Origin: Ascoidea asiatica JCM 7603
Lineage: Eukaryota; Fungi; Ascomycota
Direction: 5' to 3'
NCBI GenBank assembly: GCA_001600695.1
Contig: BCKQ01000010.1
Location: 25,947-31,715 of the forward strand
Length of the DNA stretch: 5,769 bases
Of this stretch, positions 1-5,769 are shown piece after piece. Position 1 is the first letter of the stretch. Each line of letters opens with the position of its first letter. Below the pieces are notes generated by a model that searched no databases, had not been told where the DNA came from, and saw only the letters and a list, made by a program, of their open reading frames with translations. The translations under genes and the position numbers were made by a program.

Positions 1-11
1 AAGAACCGGAC

Positions 12-657
12 GGTGAAATTTTGTCAGCGGAGCTTAATTACCTGCAAAAATAAATATTTCTTTACTTCTTAGAAGCACAAATAAAAATAAAGTAAAAACT
101 GGTCGTAAGTGTAACGGAGACGCACTTACTCTAAAACCAATATTAAACAGTCCCAAATGTGTCTTTTTAAAGCAGCCTTATGACTAGTCGTAAGTTTCAC
201 GAAACCCATGATGGACACTAATATCCCTGTCTAATTAATACCTTTCAATAAGAGATGATTGAATATTTTTATATGTAATAATTGCTAACAAGTAATTGAT
301 TAAATAAATAAAACTTGAATACAATTATATTAATACTTAAAATATTATTATTTTAAATTACTTAGTACAATTGAAATAAGTAATAATAAATATCAAAGGT
401 TTAATAAATGTTTAAACTTTAGAAGGAAATAGAAATAAGAAATTAATAAAGTAAAGTAATAAAGTAATTTTATATTCTTAAATGTTGTAAATAAAATCCT
501 TAATTTTTTATTTATTACAAATTATATAATTACATATAGAAACAATATACAAGTATTTATGTAATTTGAAACTTCAAAGTAAAATGTAAAAAAAGTTTTT
601 CTTTTCAATTACCCTGTAAATAATTTTGACTATTATTTTTAGGGTTCACTTTTCACA
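12..657 (-). repeat. 3' LTR (~646 bp)
   Basis: 13-525 aligns to 5258-5769. The plus-strand end TTTCACA (651-657) is the reverse complement of TGTGAAA, which starts the other LTR at 5257, giving the TG...CA terminal inverted repeat. It abuts a purine tract on the minus strand. The outer base (12) is G rather than T. The 526-657 part cannot be confirmed by alignment because its partner lies outside the window. Confidence 0.85.
261..640. other. Extremely AT-rich LTR core (putative U3); partner copy 5505 to >5769
   Basis: Hand count gives 35 G/C in 265 nt for 261-525 (87% AT) and 20 G/C in 115 nt for 526-640. It contains short repeats GAAAT x3 (426-443) and TAATAAAG/TAAAG units (444-468). Confidence 0.85.
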
Positions 658-664
658 CTCTCCT
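658..664 (-). other. Polypurine tract (plus-strand cDNA primer site)
   Basis: The minus strand reads AGGAGAG immediately followed by TGTGAAA (start of the 3' LTR), 16 nt after the pol stop codon. Confidence 0.7.
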
Positions 665-680
665 AGAAAATAAAAATACT

Positions 681-1155
681 TCAATTGCCAATTTGGGGGT
701 CAGTAAAAAATCCATTCTTAAACCACAAGGAAACCATATTACTGTTATTTTTGGTCAATCCATCTGCAACATTTTCCAAAGTGTTAACATAAAATAATTC
801 AACCTCTCCATCTGCAACATGCTCACGAATGTAAAAATATCTCAAGTCAATATGTTTACTTCTTGATTGAAATTCTGAATGATCTGATAATGTCAACGCA
901 GCAATATTATCATTAATTACATCAATTGAGTTAAAGTTGATATCCATGAAATTCAATAATTGCTTTAAATACCTTCCTGATTTAAAACCTTCGGTAATTG
1001 CAACAAGTTCACTTTCACAAGAACTTAATGTAATACTCTTACATTTTTTAGACACCCAGGTTATAAGGTTTCCCTTATAGAAAGAGAGGAAAGCATATTG
1101 AGATTTCATATCAGAATGATTTACCCAACTTGAATCTGTAACTATTTGCAAACCT
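681..1155 (-). pseudogene. Ribonuclease H remnant (copia-type RNase HI)
   Basis: TDSSW, ITWVSKK, LSSCESELVA, NDNIAA, RSKHIDLRYFYIRE and ENVADGLTK lie within ORF 681-1298. The acidic catalytic positions appear retained. Confidence 0.93.
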
Positions 1156-1239
1156 TCACCAAATGTAGTTTTAGCCAATTCCATTTTACTGTCTTTAAAT
1201 ACTGATAATGTGTTAAATTTAATGTAGAAATTTGAAGAA

Positions 1240-2250
1240 CACCATAAACCAAATAATAGTCTTTTGTTTGAATCATATAGTGACAGACATGAAAACAAAG
1301 GTTAAGCAAATTCTTTGTTGCCTTTGTTCCAAATTGGGTTAAAATTGAAACCGAAATGGATAAATCTGGTCTAGTCGTTCTGGAGAAATAAAGTAACCAT
1401 CCAAAATTGATTGCTAAAATGTAAGCGAGTCACTATCTAATAAAACCGGATTGGTTTCATTAATATTAAATCCAATTGGAAAAGGAGATTTTAATGATTT
1501 TTTACTCACTTGAATTTTAAAATTATGATGAAACTTTTCAATTGAATCTTTTGAGGAAAGTAGTATTAGACTTCCTAGCCGTTGAATATTCATTCCTAAA
1601 AATTGTTTTGGATAACCTAGTTTCTTGACTGTATAATTATCTGAGAGTAACTGTACCACAGAGGTCACAGCAGCTGCCGATACACCTCCTATTAATATAT
1701 CATCAACATAAACAATAATGATTAAATTATCCTTTTTAAGCACACAAGGATCAAGAATGGAAGCAACAAAGCCATCCTGTTGGAGAACACCAATAACATT
1801 AGTATACCATAGCTTAGATGCTTGTTTTAAACCATAAATTCCCTTCTTAAGTACCCAGAGTTTATCAGCTGGACAGGACATGCCTAAGGGTGGTCTCATA
1901 ATGACTTGGAAATCAATAGTTTAATTCAGGAAAGCAGTCTTTACATCCAATTGCACAACATAATAATTATTTGCAGCAGCAAGTGCAAAAAATAACCTAA
2001 TACTGTCAAACTTACACACTGGCGAAAAAGTGTCAATGAAATTGATTCCCAACTTTTAAGTAAAGCCTCTGGCCACAAGCCTTGCCTAGAATCTTTATTT
2101 CCCATTTTCTTGTTTAACAGAGAACACCCACTTTCCTGTAACTATAGGCGAGCTTTTAGGAAGAGCTTTCTTTTCAATTAAATCAAAGACATTATTTTCA
2201 TACATGCTATTCAACTCATTATTAATTGCCTCAAGCCAGTTTAACTTTTG
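1240..2250 (-). pseudogene. Reverse transcriptase remnant (copia RVT_2 type)
   Basis: WLEAINNELNSM, KWVFSVK, ARLVARGFT, DTFSPV, QLDVKTAFLN, LKKGIYGLKQAS and YVDD (1699-1710) are in one frame. After a frameshift near 1400 comes LLYFSRTTRPDLS. There are five in-frame stops. Boundaries are approximate. Confidence 0.95.
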
Positions 2251-2289
2251 GGGAGATTTTAATACATGGTCATAGCATAAAGGAATTCT

Positions 2290-3880
2290 CTACTTGTTTT
2301 TATCAACCACTAAAAAAATGTTACTCACCCCACCTGTCATTAGCATATCTTTCATATCATTATTACTCATTCCTGCCTTAGCGACCATTCCAACTGGATC
2401 ATATGTTAATCTTGGTAATGATTTAGAAGCTTCGAATACATTTCTGCTTGGTGTTTCTTCTGAAATGGGTGTGTGTAAAGAACCTCTACCATCCTGAATT
2501 TCCATTTGTGAAGAAGTTACAGGAACCTCACCAACACTATTCTCCCCTGTTTGTGGTGCTTCGTTATCCATGAGAAATTTCAAATCCATTTTTTTCTTTT
2601 GAGTTGAGTTGTCTGGTGGTTCTTGAACACTTGGAGTCGTTAATGTTGCATTTTCCACTGAATCGGATGAGTTTATCGCCAGGGGGTAGTCATCAGCAAT
2701 AACCATGTCAGTATCAGTACTTTGTTGTTTATTCTCCCTGTTTATTGTATTAGTTGGAATCTTTAACTTAGATCTTTTACTTCCCTTTTTTGAAACTTTT
2801 GATAATTTTTTCTTCTTTCATAAATTCCCGTGGAGTTTTGTCGTTTCTGGCTCTAATGACTCTCCTGAAACCATAGTTTGGATTGACTTTGGAATTTTAT
2901 TTCTATCCAGGGCAGCAGACTGAGAAAAAGATCCACTGTTTCCACCGGAACCAGAGCCTGCACCAACAGAATTTTTTGGAGATATATTAAATTCTCAATT
3001 ATCCACTAATTCCTTTCCTGTATCCCAGTTATAATTAACCTTCAATGGAAAAGAATCAACAAATTTGAAGCTAGCTGTTTTGAAAATAGAATTAGTATTA
3101 AGATTGAGCATGAAAGCTATGTTTGTCGATCCAGAATATCCTAGGAAAATACAGGATACTGAATTTTCAAATATCTTTGGCGCCCTATTATCATTGTAAG
3201 AATAGGACAAACATCCAAAAACACCTAAGGGCAATTCTAATGACTTGATAACCCTTTTAATTTTCTCATAAGGCCAACCGTCTTCAGCTGCAAGATTGTT
3301 AAGTAAAAATATCAAGTGATTAAATGCAAAATTCCTATAATTTCTTGGAACATTACCAAAATGAAGAAGCTTTCTAACCATTTCACCTACTAATCTGTTC
3401 ATTCTTTCAGAAAACCCATTTTGATATGAAGCATTTGCTGCAGTAAACTCTAAAATGAAACCCTCAATCGAACAAAATTGTTTCATTTTAACACTATTGA
3501 ATTCATTTTCAAATCTTAAATGGACAACTTTTCTTCCTGTTAAAGAAAGAATGTTTTGAAATCTTTTAATAAGAGAAATAGTAGTATCTGAAACTTCGCT
3601 TCTGGATTGAAGAACCTTTCCACAAATAAACCTCGAAGAAGCATCAGTAATGACCAAACCATAATGATTATTGACAGGACCAAAGATATGACCATTTAAA
3701 TAGTTGCCAGGTACACTGTTTCTAAACTGCTCGATTCTTTTGCCAGTAACTTTCTTAACCTCTTGACCACAAGTCGAGCAACACTTCAAACCTAAATCAA
3801 CCTGAGCTTTCGAATACCGTTTGTTAAGTATATGCTAAACAACACCAGTTGATGAATGGCTGACTGTTTATGAGCATCAG
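2290..3880 (-). pseudogene. Integrase remnant (HHCC zinc finger, rve core, SH3-like region, long low-complexity C-terminal tail)
   Basis: AHKQ..H (frameshifted) through to CSTC forms the zinc finger. Core motifs are HIFGP...YGLVITDASSRF, LRFENEF and QNGFSERMNR, followed by FGCLSY and CIFLGYS. The same frame continues through TGA stops at 2995 and 2818 into ORF 2290-2706. Confidence 0.9.
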
Positions 3881-3939
3881 CAATTTCTGAAGAGATCTCA
3901 TCATTTACACTAGCCAATCCAAACCCAACATTTGAAGAA

Positions 3940-4270
3940 TTAATATCCAATTTCCAGATACCATGAACCTTACTTTCTGTTGCAACACATTTATTGTTCT
4001 CTTGGGTAATAAACGCCTTAACACCTGAGTAGGAAACTTTTAATCCTTTTGTAGTTAATTGACCAGCAAATAACAAATTGAATCCAAAATCAGGAATATA
4101 ATAGCAATTAAATATGCAACCACCTTTAAGTTGAATATCTGCAACTAAATCAGATTTGGCTTTACCACCCAATCCATGTAAAACGATATTTTTTTTCAGC
4201 AATTTGATAACCAATCTAATCTACGAGTATTATCAAACGAGGCGCCTGAATCCTAAATCCCATCATCCTG
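3940..4270 (-). pseudogene. Aspartic protease remnant
   Basis: Hand translation gives G-I-stop-D-S-G-A-S (DSGAS at 4238-4252; the copia consensus is WxLDSGAS). After a frameshift near the T8 run at 4189-4196 comes CYYIPDFGFNLLFAGQL, matching the copia 'VLYVP....NLLSVGQL' motif. Boundaries are approximate. Confidence 0.85.
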
Positions 4271-4360
4271 TGAAACTTCAACAGATGAACTTGCATTAAA
4301 GCCAAATGGTGCATTTTCCGTTTCTTGCTTTGGTGAAGCAGCCTCGGAATTGCCAATCTT

Positions 4361-5236
4361 TCAAAAATTGCTACCATGCTTCAATTTGGGGCATTTCCTT
4401 TTTATATGTTCCTGAGCTTTGCCATAATAGCAAGTAATAAATGCATGAGCAACTGTTTCATCTTCTTCACGTTTTTTGAGTTTTCCTGTTTCAACAAGTT
4501 TATAAAATGCCGCTTTGTGGTAGCTGAGATCAACAGATACAGCCTCCTTAATTATTCTAATATTATCTGTATCAGTTTTAGTGAACTCGAGAAATTTTCT
4601 TAAAAACCGCTTATATTTTTGACCTAATTTCATTAACATTGAAAACCCTGAAATTGATTTAATACCTGCGATTAGATTTTCCAAAATTTCAAGACATTTA
4701 ATGAAATCTAAAATAGAAAGTGATCCAAAATTTTCAATCAAATCAACACCTAATTGAACTTATTCAAAGAGTTCCAAACCAAGAAATTTTGAATTACGGA
4801 CATAAAATAATTGAAGCCCTCCAAGATTTACATTATCTCAAAACCTACTTTTCGTTAAAAGATCAGAATGAACCGTTTGAATTATAGCATTTTTAAACAA
4901 ACTATAACAGCTAAGGGGTGTGTGACTATTACTGTCTAGAACCGTGGCCTTGCTGAAAACGAGGATGATTTAAAACTCCGAAAGCTTAGCAAAATAATTA
5001 ACCATCCATTTCGTAAATCTAATGCAGTCAAAAGGTTTTTGAAACTCCACCTTTTTACCCAAATTCTATTTTGAAAATAATTTGCAGTATCAATAGAAAC
5101 ATCTTCAGAATTGGTAAACGTAATTAACTGGGTAACATAAAAAACGCTCAAGTTTGATTTCATTTCATAAGCTGAATTATTTGGAGCAATCCACTCATCT
5201 TTCCTGAATCATATTTGTACTAGAAGTGAAAACCAT
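4361..5236 (-). pseudogene. gag: Gag remnant with degenerate CCHC zinc knuckle
   Basis: Lies between the 5' LTR and the protease. CYYGKAQEHIKRKC (4391-4432) fits C-x2-C-x4-H-x4-C with the second Cys replaced by Gly. Includes ORF fragments 4936-5163 and 4361-4741. Confidence 0.75.
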
Positions 5237-5256
5237 AGGGATAAAAATTGGAAGTC

Positions 5257-5769
5257 TGTGAAATTGTGTCACCAAAGCTTAATGACCTGCAAAAATAAAT
5301 ACTTCTTTATTTCTTAGAAGTACAAATAAAAATAAAGTAAGAACTGCTTGTAAATGTAACGGCAACACACGCACCCTAACACTAGTATTGAACAGTCACA
5401 AATGTGTTTTTTTAAAACCGCCTTATAACTAGTCGTAACTATCACGAACCCATGATGGACACTAATATCCCTGTATAATTAACAGCTTTCAATAACAGAT
5501 TACAGAATATTTTTATATGTAATAATTGCTAACAAGTAATTGATTAAATAAATAAAACTTGAATACAATTATATTAATACTTAAAATATTATTATTTTAA
5601 ATTACTTAGTACAATTGAAATAAGTAATAATAAATATCAAAGGTTTAATAAATGTTTAAACTTTAGAAGGAAATAGAAATAAGAAATTAATAAAGTAAAG
5701 TAATAAAGTAATTTTATATTCTTAAATGTTGTAAAGAAAATCCTTAATTTTTTATTTATTACAAATTAT
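5257..5769 (-). repeat. 5' LTR (partial; expected to extend to about 5900, beyond the window)
   Basis: Starts TGTGAAA on the plus strand (element-sense end ...TTTCACA). It is about 85% identical to 13-260 and 264/265 identical to 261-525. Confidence 0.9.
5510..5517 (-). promoter_or_regulatory. Candidate LTR TATA box (TATAAAAA); second copy at 266-273
   Basis: Matches TATAWAWR in the element-sense orientation about 250 bp before the internal edge of the LTR. The evidence is weak because the context is about 87% AT. Confidence 0.4.

Larger units (their letters stand above)
681..5236 (-). pseudogene. gag-pol polyprotein pseudogene
   Basis: The ORF-track fragments join into one polyprotein when read through stops at 4936, 4361, 4253, 2995, 2818, 2290, 2095, 2086, 2056, 1921 and 1414 and frameshifts near 5200, 4190, 3860, 1400 and 1200-1240. 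The first ATG after the LTR is at 5234-5236, and the terminal TGA is at 681-683. The start position is tentative. Confidence 0.92.
12..5769 (-). mobile_element. Degenerate Ty1/copia-superfamily LTR retrotransposon (Ty5/Tca-like); 5' LTR truncated by the window edge
   Basis: Direct terminal repeats at an offset of about 5245 bp flank minus-strand remnants in the order gag-PR-IN-RT-RH. Integrase upstream of RT is diagnostic of copia. Copia RT motifs ARLVARGF, QLDVKTAFLN, YGLKQAS and YVDDIL are present, as are RNase H motifs TDSSW, RSKHIDLRY and ADGLTK. Confidence 0.97.

Noticed and set aside
1-11. Repeat homology extending beyond the LTR edge (AAGAACCGGA vs AAAAATTGGA at 5243-5252), or a target-site duplication
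   Set aside because: Only a 7/10 match needing a 3-bp gap. The opposite flank is outside the window, so a TSD cannot be tested.
13-260. RIP (repeat-induced point mutation) as the cause of LTR divergence
   Set aside because: 16 of the 36 differences are transversions, whereas RIP gives almost exclusively C-to-T/G-to-A transitions.
190-657. Canonical Saccharomyces point centromere (CDEI-CDEII-CDEIII)
   Set aside because: No exact RTCACRTG and no CDEIII TTCCGAA core flank the AT block. It is kept only as a non-canonical hypothesis.
1240-2250. Prokaryotic RT system (retron, DGR, group II intron) or CRISPR array
   Set aside because: The RT motifs are copia-type within a PR-IN-RT-RH polyprotein with LTRs. 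The repeat mismatches are not adenine-specific, and there is no repeat-spacer periodicity.
2294-2497. Plus-strand 67-aa ORF
   Set aside because: Antisense shadow of the open pol frame, with no recognisable motif.
2705-2923. Plus-strand 72-aa hydrophobic ORF (small membrane or env-like protein?)
   Set aside because: The Phe/Leu richness is the reverse complement of Lys-rich codons in the integrase tail. Strand and position are wrong for env.
4376-4603. Plus-strand 75-aa ORF
   Set aside because: Antisense to gag. It is Phe-rich because it mirrors Lys/Glu codons.
681-5163. Minus-strand ORF-track entries as independent genes
   Set aside because: They are collinear fragments of one polyprotein, and conserved motifs continue across their stops and into the gaps between ORFs.
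681-5236. Alternative genetic code explaining the in-frame stops
   Set aside because: All three stop codons occur, at positions expected to encode different residues (K, Q, L, Y/F), and frameshifts are also present.

Overview
The window holds one nearly full-length, heavily decayed Ty1/copia-type (Pseudoviridae, Ty5/Tca-like) LTR retrotransposon on the minus strand, probably from an AT-rich yeast or fungal genome (host is inferred). Read on the minus strand, the order is 5' LTR (5257 to >5769, cut by the window edge), gag with a zinc knuckle, protease (DSGAS), integrase (HHCC plus a degenerate DDE core and a long C-terminal tail), RT (YVDD), RNase H, polypurine tract, then 3' LTR (12-657, ends (T/G)GTGAAA...TTTCACA). 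The polyprotein carries more than a dozen in-frame stops and several frameshifts. The main anomaly is in the LTRs. Over positions 13-260 the two copies are only about 85% identical (36 substitutions plus 1 indel by hand count). They then switch abruptly to 264/265 identity across an 87%-AT block (261-525 vs 5505-5769). A preserved or homogenised AT-rich core in the LTRs of a dead element suggests gene conversion, a chimeric LTR, trans-mobilisation, or host co-option such as an LTR-derived centromere core. These explanations cannot be separated from sequence alone.
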